Positions 21,601 through 32,999 of a stretch of DNA of 36,857 nucleotides are shown one piece after another; position 1 is the stretch's first letter, and every line of letters starts with the position of its first letter. Location of the stretch: contig NIVC01003283.1 in the NCBI GenBank assembly GCA_002269645.1, positions 1-36,857 on the forward strand, given 5' to 3'. A program made the position numbers and the translations under genes. Below the pieces are notes generated by a model. It was not told the DNA's origin and did not search any database. It saw only the letters and a program-made list of their open reading frames with translations. This DNA is from Macrostomum lignano. Lineage: Eukaryota.

Positions 21601-21657
21601 CAGCATCAGGAGCGGCAGCATTTGCAGAAACTTCAGGTGGATTATGTCACGTGACAT
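15649..21657 (-). CDS. CAP/SCP (PR-1/CRISP-type) domain + EGF-like repeats + uncharacterised Cys-containing domain, probable GPI-anchor signal. 7 exons: 21657-21469, 19921-19566, 18539-18430, 18307-18248, 17504-17266, 17080-16804, 15941-15649 (~507 aa; alternative start 21621).
   Basis: All six introns are GT-AG with matching phases (0,2,1,1,0,1); total 1524 nt. CAP motifs IHNRLR, MNFL|TWN..L, GENIY, WHIE, GHYKQL, VGCG, FCEY. EGF-like CxCxxxxxGxxC twice. Hydrophobic C-terminus after GASNG. Confidence 0.85.
16000..16773. repeat. 20-22-bp minisatellite (GATACCCGATTAGGGAGGGGG), ~36 copies, filling intron 6 of the CAP gene
   Basis: Visible periodicity; each unit contains one TTAGGG. Confidence 0.95.
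17541..18129. repeat. 23-bp minisatellite (TTCGGGAATGTCTTGGTGGACTC), ~25 copies, in intron 4 of the CAP gene
   Basis: Period 23 (17761 to 17784). No stops in any plus frame, giving three pseudo-ORFs. Confidence 0.95.
18548..19512. repeat. 20-bp minisatellite (GTGTTTGGTGATTCTTGTAG), ~48 copies, in intron 2 of the CAP gene, with a 260-bp higher-order repeat
   Basis: Period 20. The variant unit ATTTTGGATG recurs at 18621, 18881 and 19141. Confidence 0.95.
19949..21414. repeat. 16-bp minisatellite (GCTACAAGTGACACAA), ~90 copies, in intron 1 of the CAP gene
   Basis: Period 16 (20285 to 20301). Confidence 0.95.
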
Positions 21658-21730
21658 GCTCACTCTGAGTCTCGAATGAGATCGAACGGCTGAGCTTTCG
21701 TACCTTCGCTGCGGCATCATATCGACCCGA

Positions 21731-21737
21731 ATTTATA
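21731..21737 (-). promoter_or_regulatory. Candidate TATA box of the CAP gene
   Basis: TATAAAT on the minus strand, about 75 nt upstream of ATG 21657. Confidence 0.45.
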
Positions 21738-22366
21738 GAGCTCACCACCCACATGGGTCCCCCAGAGCCCGTGCTGTTTAATCACGAATGGCAAACACAA
21801 TGGGCGTATAGCTTGCATTGCATGTAGATCGAGTCAGATAAAATTATAGGCAGACAAAAGTTCAAACTGCGAGCGCCATAGTTTTAGTGCTTATTTGCAT
21901 AATTTGTCTGTCGAGTTGAGACACATTCCTTTGTTTAAACAATTGTGTTTGTTACTCTTGCCGAGAGGCAAATTTTTGTAGCAATTCGCCTTTGGCACGG
22001 AATCCGGCCAAATCTGATGGCTCTGCTTGCTGCACTTTACAAATTCAACAGACGGAGTTGGTTGCGCTTGAAGCCACGAGAGAGCAAATTGCATTCCCCC
22101 AAGGTGACCAAAGCTATAGTTTTGATAAACCCTCAGCCACCAGCACTGATTCGGTATATTGACAAGCGGACAGACCATCAAACACTTTCCGACACTGCAG
22201 TGCCACTCACTTTCCATCAAAGTTTTTTTCCGACAAAGGAGCCTCCAATGCTGATTTATTTTAACCTATTTTGAGCACTGACGGCTGCGCTCTATTTTTA
22301 GAGCGCAAAAATAAATATTTCGTTACGGGTCAGACACGTCTGGAAACTATACCACCTGGAGAGACA

Positions 22367-22940
22367 TACTTCCAACATGTAGCTGACACCAGCATGACTT
22401 ACCTCCAACATTTACCTGACACCAGCATGACCCACCTCCTACCTGACCTCAGCATGACCCACCTCCTACCTGACCTCAGCATGACCCACCTCCTACCTGA
22501 CACCAGCATGACCCACCTCCTACCTGACACCAGCATGACCCACCTCCTACCTGACACCAGCATGACCCACCTCCTACCTGACCTCAGCATGACCCACCTC
22601 CTACCTGACCTCAGCATGACCCACTTCCTACCTGACCTCAGCATGACCCACTTCCTACCTGACCTCAGCATGACCCACTTCCTACCTGACCTCAGCATGA
22701 CCCACCTCCTACCTGACCTCAGCATGACCCACTTCCTACCTGACCTCAGCATGACCCACCTCCTACCTGACCTCAGCATGACCCACCTCCAACATGTACC
22801 TGACGTCAGCATAACCCACTTCCTACCTGACTTCAGCATGACCCACCTCCTACCTGACCTCAGCATGACCCACTTCCTACCTGACCTCAGCATGACCCAC
22901 TTCCTACCTGACGTCAGCATGACCCACCTCCTACCTGACC
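22367..22940. repeat. 27-bp minisatellite (CTACCTGACCTCAGCATGACCCACCTC), ~21 copies, intergenic
   Basis: Visible periodicity; produces the LPDLSMTHL and GRRWVMLRS pseudo-ORFs. Confidence 0.92.
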
Positions 22941-23589
22941 CATTGATCACAGCAACAATCAGAGACTATAAAAATACAGACAAATGTGACCAATCCATAA
23001 TCAGTAAATCGTATTTCCATACATGAACAAACGCGTCAAGAACAAGCAAGGCAAATGCATCGGTGAACCGGTGTATTTATGTAATCTAGTTGAAAAAATA
23101 ACAGAAAAAATACAATACCAAGCAACTAAAAAATTAGTAACAAAGCAACGTTATCGCGAGAAAGCAGATCTCAACTGAATCAAGATACGAGCTAAGAACA
23201 ATCATTTGTCTCAGGAAACGATAAACATGCAAATTTTCTGTTACTTTTTGTTGTATATAAAATGAAAGAAAACAAAAATAAAACACAAAAAAGGAAAGCA
23301 CATCGTTAATAAAAGCAAACGCTGTCACAGAACAGGGAAAAACGAAACAAAAATAGAAAATAGACCAAAGCTCTCGCTCGAGAGGGAAATTTAACAGCAC
23401 AAGCAACATAAAACTGAATGCAAAACTAACTATAATTTCACAAAATTTCTAACAAAAAACAACAAAATCATTCAGCCCCTACTACTAGTAATATACTAAA
23501 GCGACTTCTCCTGAATTGCTTATTGAAACATTAGCTTTGAGGAAGATAAACTTGAATTGCTACCAGAAACTGTTCTACTAGAAGATGAA

Positions 23590-25212
23590 TCACTCCTGGG
23601 AGTGACGCCGCACGTGCTTGCTGTAGGTGGACCGATCTGAGAACGCGCTGCCGCACAGGCGACATTTGTAGGGCCTGGCGCCGCTGTGCGAATTCAAATG
23701 AGCAGTTAGTTGAGTCTTCTGTACGAAGCCTTTGCCGCACAGGTGGCAGCGGTGCGGCCGGATGCCGGCGTGGATCAATTCGTGCCTGTGCAAATTCATA
23801 CTGTTAGCGAACACCTTGCCGCAGGTGAGGCAGGTGCGATCTTCGCCCACTGCTTTTCGTCTGTAGCTGCCTCGGCCACTGGCCGAGCGAGGCTGCCGGC
23901 TTCCGGGCCGGCATCTGGCCGCCTTGGTGTGCAACTCGAAGCGCCAGGTGAGACGGAAGCCCCGGCCGCACACTTTGCACACGTGGCTGCCGCGTTTTGA
24001 TTGGCTGGATCGAACGCCAAGCGCTTCGTTGATGACGGATGCTGGCGGCGCGGCCTGAAAGTTACGATTGTCGCTGACCTCGATAGTGGCGGCCTGCGGC
24101 TGGTCTGGTAGGGCTGAAAACTGGAATGTGCACCGGATAGAGATGTACTGTAGATTGTGGGTAAAGCTGAGGGTAGATTGTGGGTCACGCTGAGGGTAGA
24201 TTGTGGGTCAAGCTGAGGGTAGATTGTGAGGGTAGGTTGTGGGTCAAGCTGAGGGTAGATTGTGGGTCAAGCTGAGGGTAGATTGTGAGGGTAGGTTGAG
24301 GGTAGATTGTGGGTAAAGCTGAGGGTAGATTGTGAGGGTAGGTTGAGGGTAGATTGTGGGTCAAGCTGAGGGTAGATTGTGGGTCAAGCTGAGGGTAGAT
24401 TGTGGGTCAAGCTGAGGGTAGATTGTGGGTCAAGCTGAGGGTAGATTGTGGGTCAAGCTGAGGGTAGATTGTTGGTCAAGCTGAGGGTAGATTGTGGGTC
24501 AAGCTGAGGGTTGACTGTGGGTCAAGCTGAGGGTTGACTGTGGGTCAAGCTGAGGGTTGACTGTGGGTCAAGCTGAGGGTAGATTGTGGGTCAATGCTAA
24601 GGAGCTAGCAGAATTTTTTTCAGCACTGCTTGTGGCACAATGTCGCGCAAGGCTGCCCACAAATCTCTTGCGAATGATAATTATTTATGTGGATCAAGAG
24701 TCTAGACCCAAAGATAGTATCGCAACGGACATTGCATCAGTTAGGATTTAAGTTGGTCATTAAGGGAAGCATTGGCCAATTCCAACCATCGGCCTCACCA
24801 GTTCCCAATCAGTGAGCAGAGGCGGCAAAAAGTCTTCATCAATTGACACAGACTCCACAGCCGCCGCCATAGCCAGAGCCTCGTCATCACCAGCCACTTC
24901 AGCTTCGTGAACAGAGATGTAGTGCTCCAAGTAAGCCATAGAAGAGCTGAACAGAGTTAACCAAGGGCAGAGCAGACAGGCAAGTTGAGTTTTGGCAGAT
25001 GGCTGTTCGAGCTGCGACATTGTCTGACAGGCGCCAAACTCAGTTAGGATATCGCAGATCTGTGGCCCAGTGCAAGCTTGGCATAGCATGACACCTGATA
25101 AGCTGCCGCAATTGAATGTTCCAATGGTTGTGAGACAGTCTGAACAGTTGGCACAGCAGTTGTCTTGCATAGTAGGCTCTGGCGAGCTTGTGTCAGGATA
25201 ATTACACTCCAT
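23590..25212 (-). CDS. C2H2 zinc-finger protein. Exons 25212-24799 and 24120-23590 (314 aa): three canonical C-terminal fingers, two atypical fingers, Cys-rich N-terminus.
   Basis: Fingers CLTC..H...H, CHLC..H...H, CRLC..H...H with AGIRP/SGARP linkers. Phase-0 GT (24798) to AG (24121) intron gives a continuous frame ...DWEL|FSALP... Confidence 0.85.
24151..24593. repeat. 23-bp minisatellite (GATTGTGGGTCAAGCTGAGGGTA) with truncated variants, in the zinc-finger gene intron
   Basis: Period 23 (24361 to 24384). Confidence 0.92.
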
Positions 25213-26003
25213 CTCTTTGTAGTAAGTGCTAAAATGGTTAATATTATTAGTTATAACATTTATTATTTTGCTTATCTAAATTGCAATGCCATGGGATTCA
25301 GCAAAACAATTCAATTCAATTCAAATTAAAATAAAAAATATTTTATTTAAAATACTATAAGCACTAATAATACTGCATGTTATATAATTTTATGATATCA
25401 ACATTTTAGTTCCTTTGTATGCCTTTGAGAAATACATCTTGGCTACCTGTGGATTTGGATAAAATAGATAATGTGGAGAGCTACTTTATGTAGCTAAAAT
25501 ATAAATTAATAATATAATGTAAAGTAGCAAAAAAGTAATGGCTTTTTGCTAAAAATCACAAAAACTACATTATCAAGCCTAATTTATGTTTATATAAAGT
25601 GATAACATTTAAAAACTATAACAAGGCTTAAGACTTAGAGCTTTCAATTCTGATTAAATTACTAAAAGTGGATTTGGAGTTCTAACATAATGCTACTGCT
25701 TTAAAAACTCAATATAGATGTAATCAGTAATGTTATGCAATTGTATTGCACGCTACAAATGCTATAATTAACATTGATCTAAAAAAACTATGTCCAGTGC
25801 ATACAGTCATTTTAATTTAGCAATTTAACTCACTATTCAAAATCTTTCACTCACATCATAACAGTCAAAACATCTATTCACATCACAAAATTCACATCAA
25901 ATACTTCATTTTATCTAACTCAATTAATTTAGATTTCCATGAGAATTCAATGTCGAAACAAAATTCTTAGCTGCTAAACAAGCAGCTAACAATGTGTTTA
26001 TAC

Positions 26004-26075
26004 CAGGGAAATGAGAAGATGTACAGTGCGGCTGCTGCTGCTGCTGGTCCTGCTGTCAAAGTCGAGCGCGCGAAA
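26004..26075 (-). promoter_or_regulatory. Candidate 5'-UTR exon/promoter of the zinc-finger gene with an E2F-like site
   Basis: Small GC island in very AT-rich DNA. TTTCGCGC at 26075-26068, donor-like CTG|GTATAA at 26003, and an acceptor (ttttag, 25229) just before the ATG. Confidence 0.3.
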
Positions 26076-27789
26076 ATTTTTAAATTATTTCCACTGTACT
26101 AAAGTTAAACAAATAATAAATAAACTCTACTACAGAAAACACTTCAATTTAGTTCTACATTCTACAGTTATTGACAAATAGTAAATATTTATTTAATTTA
26201 AAGCGACAGTGCCCCCGCATTGTAAGTTTTTTGCAGAGTATACAGTTTTAAAGTGTTATTTTTCTACGAAAAAAGGAAAGCATATAAAATTGTCGGATTA
26301 TTAGATTTCCGGTGGCAATTAATTCTGATGATCGTATTGTCTGATCATTTATATAAAATTCTGATATAAGTGGATAAATCCGTTCTAGTTTAAAGCAATT
26401 TGGCGATTGTCATTTAATCAATTGACCTTCTCTAATTGACTCCACTCTAGGTTTAATAAAAAGTATGTCCACTGCAGTTCAAAGAAACACAAGTCAAGCA
26501 TCGAATTCAAAGTTTCGTAAACCGGAGCTTATTTTTCGCATTGAGAAATTAGTTTCTGGTGATCCACTAAATGACTTTGCTATTTTACCAAAAGAAACAG
26601 GAATAATTGCAGTCTATGAAGACAGGCAAGTTGACATTTTTGCTAGTTGACAATTTATGGCATATAACTAGGCCCTAGCAATACAATAATTGTCTTGCAT
26701 ACTTAGGCCTATGCATTTTTGTCTAGTTTGACCAGTAAAATTTTATAAAAAAATAAAATTCATAAATTATATACCACATTTGAGATCATATAGGCCTAAG
26801 ATTTATAACATAGGAACTCTAGATTAGTCAATAGTAAGTTGGCCATTACATTAGTATTATTAGTATACAATTGGCTGTTATTTTAGTATATATAGCTATA
26901 AGGTCTATTTATTTCCATAAATTATAATTTAATAAATAGCCTAAATTTTAAGTATACAATGATGCAAATCATTAAAGAAAAACTTATTTGAGTTAAAAAT
27001 GAATCAAAAAGTAAATGAGATACTATTATGAATAATAAGGTTTAACTATTATTATAAGGTTTAACATTATTAAAATGTTATTACTAAAAGTTATAGAAAA
27101 TTAATAATTTATATATCTGCCATGGATATAGGTTTTGATATGCTATAAAAATATAATAAGATATGGTTATAAATATAGATACAATATATTTTTGTTAACA
27201 AGAACTCTAAAAGGATTTTTAGACTTGGTAAGCCTACTTTAACAAAGACCACATTGGCAAAAGATATATAGCTATTTTAGCAAAGTATACTTTTATTACA
27301 TTTTAATTTTTTATTAGATCTATTTAATAACATTCTTAGAATATAAAACAATAAAAACCATTAATAAAATTATCAACAAAAAATTACTTAAGTAGTAAAA
27401 TTATCAAGTAATAAGGTACTTATTATTTTTAGGTATTATATAGATTAGTAAAAAAGTTCTCATTAGCTAAATGATTTGGAAAATTAGGTTCTATTGTAAT
27501 TTTTCCTTGTCAAAAAAGTAAATTCCAAAAAGGTTAAAAAATCTCTATTAGAGCCTTTAAAATACAAAAAGTCTAAAACCATAATTTTAACTCTAGTATC
27601 TAAGACATACATGCCCAACACCCATCCGACCCATCCAAACTAGATGGGTGAAATGGCTGCCGCCCAAGCCTGGCAAAAAATAACTATGCATTGTTTTCAG
27701 TTAGGAGTTAGGAGACCGCATGGCCCTAACTCACAAGAGTAACAAATACGGTCAAAAAACGTGCTAGTAGTTATGTTTGGGGTCAAACC

Positions 27790-27970
27790 TCATTTTCCTT
27801 TGACCGCAAATCTCCAAGTTTTACGTATTTATTGCAGTCAAATTTGTCCATTGTTTTGTAGTCAAATGTAGTCAAGAAAAGTGGTCAAAATACGGCTAAG
27901 AAGGCTATGCAGTCCAAATGCAGTCAAAATTTGGCAGTTAAGCATGCAGTTAAGCTGCAGTCAAAATGTG
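27790..27970. repeat. Cluster of short dispersed (G/T)(C/G)AGTCAAAAT-like motifs, possibly transposon subterminal repeats
   Basis: About eight variants of gcagtcaaa/gtagtcaaa/ggtcaaaa within 180 bp. Confidence 0.35.
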
Positions 27971-28699
27971 GTCTAGATGTACTGTATATCTCTGTCTCTT
28001 TGTGACTGAGCTCCATCTTTTCCCTGAAGAAAGAGGAATTAGGAATTCGTGGAAGAGGAATCAACTATTTAATCAAATGAATAAATCATGAAAAGCTAAA
28101 TCATAAACTGTCATAGAAAAGAACAGTAAGAATGGCAGAACGGCAAAGAATAGCACCAATATGCTTTACTATATTTGCTAGATGTAAAACAAAATGAAAA
28201 CTACAAAAGTTGAGTGAAAGCAATTAAAACTAAAGCAAATATTAGAAGATGTAATAAAAAAATTGGCTGTCAATGTTTATAGAAAAACGAGCATAAATGC
28301 TGTTTATAAGCAGAAGCATTCAGTTTTGGTACAGTTTTTTAGGAGAAAGTCAGTCTAGAGACATTTGATTAAAGCTTTGATTGAATTCTAGGCTGACTGT
28401 TGCTAGAATTTTGAGGCACAGGAAAAAATAAACTGCTTATTATATCTCTGGCCAAGGCTGCTACATGGCTCCGATATCCTGTGAAATGTGAGTTCAATGA
28501 AGTTTGAATTTGAATAACTGTGGTTCAGTTCTGTGCCAATTTAAAATCTGAAAATTCTAAAAATTCTTAGGTTGTGCTTTAATTTTTAGACTGACTTAAC
28601 TCTTGAATATACTGCCACTTTGGGCGCATATACAATTAAGCTAGGACCTAGTGCAACAGGTCTTCTTGCGCCACCACAAAGTCATGCATGTCACGCACA

Positions 28700-28940
28700 T
28701 AACTGTTGGTGTTTGATGGGCCAACAGAGGCTGTAGTGGCGCTGCCGACATGGCCAGTATAGTTGGCATTCAACGGGCCAGCAGAGGCTGTAGCAGCCCT
28801 GCTGACATGGCCAGTATAGTTGGCGTTCAACGGGCCAGCAGAGGCTATAGCGGCACTGCTGACATGGCCAGTATAGTTGGCATTTGATGGGCTAGCAGAG
28901 GCTATAGCGGTGCTGCCGACATGGCCAGTATTGCTACCAG
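28700..28940. repeat. 60-bp tandem repeat (~4 copies) encoding 20-aa units NANYTGHVSSAAIASAGPL in the tail of the BEN-like gene
   Basis: gacatggccagtatagttggc recurs every 60 bp. Confidence 0.85.
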
Positions 28941-30407
28941 TGGTAGAGGTCTTAGCTTTTATTATTCTTTTATTACAGGGCATGCCCAGGTGCCTGCGTG
29001 CTGTTGCCATGTTCCGCAGCAGTTCCACGGCTCCAGTGAGCACCCAATCTTCCGCATAAATCGCTCCATGTGACCAAGTGATGTGCAGTTGGCTGGAGTG
29101 CTCGGGCTGTTGCCAACCTTCTGGCCAGTCACATTAAGGCAGGTCAGCTGCACATCGCTGAAAAAGGTGCGAGCAAGAGTCCGCACAAGCGCCCACTTGG
29201 CAATTTTTTGCGCCAGTTTAGTTTCTCCACTTCAGCCACATTCACAGTGGTCACCAATGCCTGCAACACTTCCTGGATTTGTGCAACACGGCTGTCGCAC
29301 TCCTGGCACCAACCTACTTCTACCAGGACATAGGGCATGTCCTCTGCCAGAGGGACAAGGCCAGTGGACTCGGCTGGTTTGGGATAGTGATGAGGGTGAC
29401 CAGTCAGTCAGATGAGTTAGAACGATTGCACTGTAAGTATTTGCAGATCTCACCTGGTGTACTGTGCGGCAGCACAGCGACCCGGTTGGCACTCCAGCCC
29501 TCTCCACTAGCAGTGGCAGCAGTGTTATCGACCAGCATAGCTTCGGCTTCAAACGATAATCGGCGATCTGCATCAGGATCGATGTCGATTCCTGGTGCAA
29601 CATGATCCTGTGGGCCATCGATCGCCTGTAAAGAGGAAGCTGCCCGCTGCATGTGAGCGACTGCCTGTGCGCATCGCTTCTCCTGTAGGGCACGAAGGCG
29701 CTGCTCCTCGGCTAAAAGCGCTTCCAGCGCCGTCGCCCGACGCGACAGGTAAGCGACCTGTTGTTGGAGTTCATTAGCACGGGCATCTGCGTCCTGCAAC
29801 TGGGCCGTACGGCGCTGCAACTCGGCCCCTGTGGCAGAAAAGGTGACACAAATAAATGAACGAAACGAAACGAACATCGACGTTGCAACAACTAAAGGTG
29901 ACAGCGGGTGTTCACTTATTAATTACCTTTGGCGTCGGCCAGGTCGCGGACGCGGGACACTTCGAGCTGCAGGTTGCGGCAGGCTGGACACCCTCGGGTC
30001 AGCTCGGGCTGTGGCACCTCGCGACGGCTAAGGTTTGCGATCGCTAGCGCCTCCTCCCTGGTCGTTAGCGGGCCCCGGACAAGCACCCCAGGCCACCGCT
30101 TCGCCTGCCTGCATAATTATTTAGATCGTTTTTGCATACCGCCAGTCGTATATAAACGGGAAGCTATACAGAAGCTATACGCGCGCCATGCGCATGAAAT
30201 CCGTTTACACGTACCCTGATTTGGCCACCACCACTTGGACTTGACTGCCGACTTTCACGGGCAGCGGGTCGCTACGGTGGAGGGCCACGATGCGGCCGCC
30301 GGTGTGGCAGCGTCGAGACTGGCTGCCACTCGCGCCTATCCTCCGCGAATTCTAACACAAACCAGCGCACCTCCTGCTCCGGTTTCACTGGCCGGTATTC
30401 CGCAGCG

Positions 30408-30550
30408 GTCGATGCAGCAGCAGACACGGCGTCGGTCAATGCCTCAGCAGACACGGCGTCGGTCGATGCAGCAGCAGACACGGCGTCGGTCAATGCCTCA
30501 GCAGACACGGCGTCGGTCGATGCAGCAGCAGACACGGCGTCGGTCGATAC
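30408..30550. repeat. 30-bp (alternating, 60-bp higher-order) coding repeat STDAVSAAA/LTDAVSAEA
   Basis: gcagacacggcgtcggtc recurs every 30 bp. Confidence 0.85.
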
Positions 30551-31034
30551 AGCAACAGGCCGCCTGTTGCCGATGGGCAGCTTGGGATCGGAGCTGCTCG
30601 TTCCTTTTTTGGCGATGCTTCCTGGCATCCTTCCTGGCACCGGTCGAGCTAAGCTTGTCAGCCTTTGGCATGCTGCAACTGTTTTGGTGGAACAGCAACT
30701 ACATAGTAAGTTAACATACATGTCTAACCAGCAGCATTCTACCTGGAACACCACTTCCGACCCATTTTTCGTCTTGAAACATACTGAATAATATGCTTAA
30801 CTAAATATATAGATTACGTATCTAAGTGATGTCCAAATTGATCTGTCCGAAAATATGAGGTAGCAGAAACATTGTGGCTACAGTACGCTAGTCAGATTGT
30901 TCAGAAAAAAACTGTGAAAGTTAGCATGTAGCACTTTAATAAATTTATTAACGGTAAAGGTAAACGGTAAACATAACTTCTTTATAAGCGGAAAGTAAAC
31001 ACAGCGAAAACAGTGCAAATCAATAATTAACCTA

Positions 31035-31188
31035 GCGCAACCTAGGGAATCACCCGGCCGTTTCTATTGGCAACACACACGTAAGTCGCTATTGGACAGA
31101 ATAATAGTCATGTGACTGCTCTCAGCCAATAGCGACTTACATGTGTGTGTTTCCAATAGAAACGGCCGGGTGATTCCCTAGGTTGCGC
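31035..31188. mobile_element. 154-bp hairpin/MITE-like palindrome with ~60-bp arms
   Basis: GCGCAACCTAGGGAATCACCCGGCCGTTTCTATTGG... is mirrored by ...CCAATAGAAACGGCCGGGTGATTCCCTAGGTTGCGC. No TSD seen. Confidence 0.7.
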
Positions 31189-32355
31189 ATGTATGCGACG
31201 GTGTAGGAGACGTCCTCCTTGTCTGTCGGACGCATTCCCTCCACGAATTCGCGGTAAAGTACACTGCTGTGGACGTCTAGTACGCCTGAGGGTCAGTAGG
31301 GCGGATTAACACAACTAAATAGAATACCCGGTACACCAGCTGCGCTGATTTCAAAATGCTGCTGTCATAATTGTGACAGACTTAATACCTGGAACTGGTA
31401 TGCGATCCACCGGGAAGGTAACGTTCGCAAGCAATCCGTCGCATTCGACGTGCGTCCTAATTTGTCTCTTGACGTCGAGCACCCAGAAGTTGCCAACGTT
31501 GGTACTGCCACAGCGGGAGCACACATCACCCGGTCGACACGAGCCGGTCGAATTGCTGGCACACGCACTGCAGATGGTGAAGCACTTGGACGTACCCAAC
31601 ACACTTGTGGACGCATTGGTGTACGATGTCAGTTTATAGACCGTGCGAGGCAAAGCGTTGTCTGGTACAAGCCGATGTAGCAGGTTTAGAAGGCGCTGGA
31701 CGCCATTTTGCGACAATGCAAGGTCGCGCCTGCCCACTTGAATCTCAGAGACCGCGTCGCCCAGAGTGACAGGCAGAGATGCGTGGAAGGGAACGTTTAG
31801 GAGCTCCTCGGCAGCGCCAGCATTGACTGGGTCAGCGGCATTCTCGGCCGCGACAGCGGCATTCTCCAGCTCCGCGGCCTGCAGCTGCTGATCCAGCTCC
31901 ATTGCCGTAAGATTGAGATTTTCGTCGCCATCGGCCACATCATTTGTGGCATCAGACGAGTCGTCGCCCGTCTCGTCAGAGTCTGTATGATCGTATGAGT
32001 CGTCCACCTCGACGACATCGTCCTGGCCCGTGTCATCAGTGGACGTCGATGTTTCATCCACCGACACCTTTGAGTGGTCACCGTCAGTCGATTCAGTCGA
32101 ATCACTGACGTTGGGAGCGCCATCGACGCTAGCAGAGCCGACCTCGTGATCGACGGATTCGGCGATGGATGCATCCTGTTCTTCCGGAGATAGAAATATT
32201 GCAGGAGATCGCGACCGGTCTCGCGATGTTCCAGGCCTACTGGCGGGGCCCGTCGCTTGACCGCCGGGCCGTGGCGGGTTTAGTGCAACCCTAGCCCAGT
32301 AGCGCTGCATGTACAGTCTTCGCGCTGTTTGATCGGGTGGAGAACATTTGCTCAT
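31189..32355 (-). mobile_element. 5' part of a CACTA/EnSpm (CMC)-type transposase. Exons 32355-31389 and 31285-31189; truncated.
   Basis: Acidic N-terminus, then LSQNGVQRLLNLLHRLVPDNALPRTVYKL, CxxC...CxxC, FWVLDVKRQI. After a phase-1 intron, GVLDVHSSVLYREF...VSYTV, matching the region just before the first catalytic DG of Tnp2-family enzymes. Confidence 0.6.
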
Positions 32356-32712
32356 GTTCGCATCTGCAATTAAGGGGTTCCATGTGCAAAGGGGTGCAAA
32401 GAAAGATAAATGTATGCTGGAGTATATGTTTACTGGACCATATATAAACTATCTATGTTCTGTATCTATGTAGAAAGGGTAGGAGGGGAATGTAGAGAGG
32501 GCAGTGGGTAGTTGCGTTGCTCTTTTGAAAAAACTGAACTAAAAAACTCAGTTCTAGTTCTCAGTTCTCAGTCCTACGATCTTACATAGAAATGGAAAAA
32601 CCTTGAAATGCTGGGCAATTTACTTGGCACCTTAACCTTCAACACTGAGGTAACAATAAATGCACAACGGACTATGAAAGCGGCATAAAGTGTATTATAA
32701 ACTGGAAACTGT

Positions 32713-32990
32713 CATAGAAGCGTCATGTAAACAATCATAGAAGCGTCATGTAAACAATCATAGAAGCGTCATGTAAACAATCATAGAAGCGTAATGTAAA
32801 CAATCATAGAAGCGTCATGTAAACAATCATAGAAGCGTCATCAAAAGATCATAGAAGCCTCATATAAAAACTAATGGAAGTGTCATTTGAGAAATCATAG
32901 AAGCGTCATGGAAGAATAAAAGAAGCGTCATGTAAAAATCAAAATAAGCGTAATGTCAGACATGAAAGAAGTGTCATGTAAAAATTAAAT
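32713..32990. repeat. 23-bp tandem repeat (CATAGAAGCGTCATGTAAACAAT) decaying rightwards
   Basis: Period 23 (32713 to 32736). Confidence 0.85.
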
Positions 32991-32999
32991 GAAGCTATT

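Larger units (their letters stand above)
28648..30765 (-). pseudogene. Spliced gene for a coiled-coil + BEN-like domain protein, probably transposon cargo. Exons 30765-30743, 30678-30215, 30108-29927, 29828-29454, 29343-28648; several internal frameshifts.
   Basis: Four GT-AG introns with matching phases. Coiled coil AELQRRTAQLQDADARANELQQQVAYL. ALVRTLARTFFSDVQLTCLNVTG...W..AVELLRNMATARR resembles the BEN consensus, judged by eye. Confidence 0.55.

Noticed and set aside
22271-23026. 251-aa LPDLSMTHL-repeat protein
   Set aside because: Starts at TTG, consists of a 27-bp array, and the opposite strand is equally open; treated as non-coding unless transcripts are found.
15942-24593. CRISPR-like arrays
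   Set aside because: Head-to-tail repeats with no unique spacers, eukaryotic context and no cas genes.
26465-26650. 61-aa ORF in the AT-rich region
   Set aside because: Short, no motif, AT-rich composition unlike the real exons in this window.
27610-27650. CCC-starting sequence as left TIR of the CACTA-type element
   Set aside because: No reverse-complement match found at the right side (32.4-34.1 kb).
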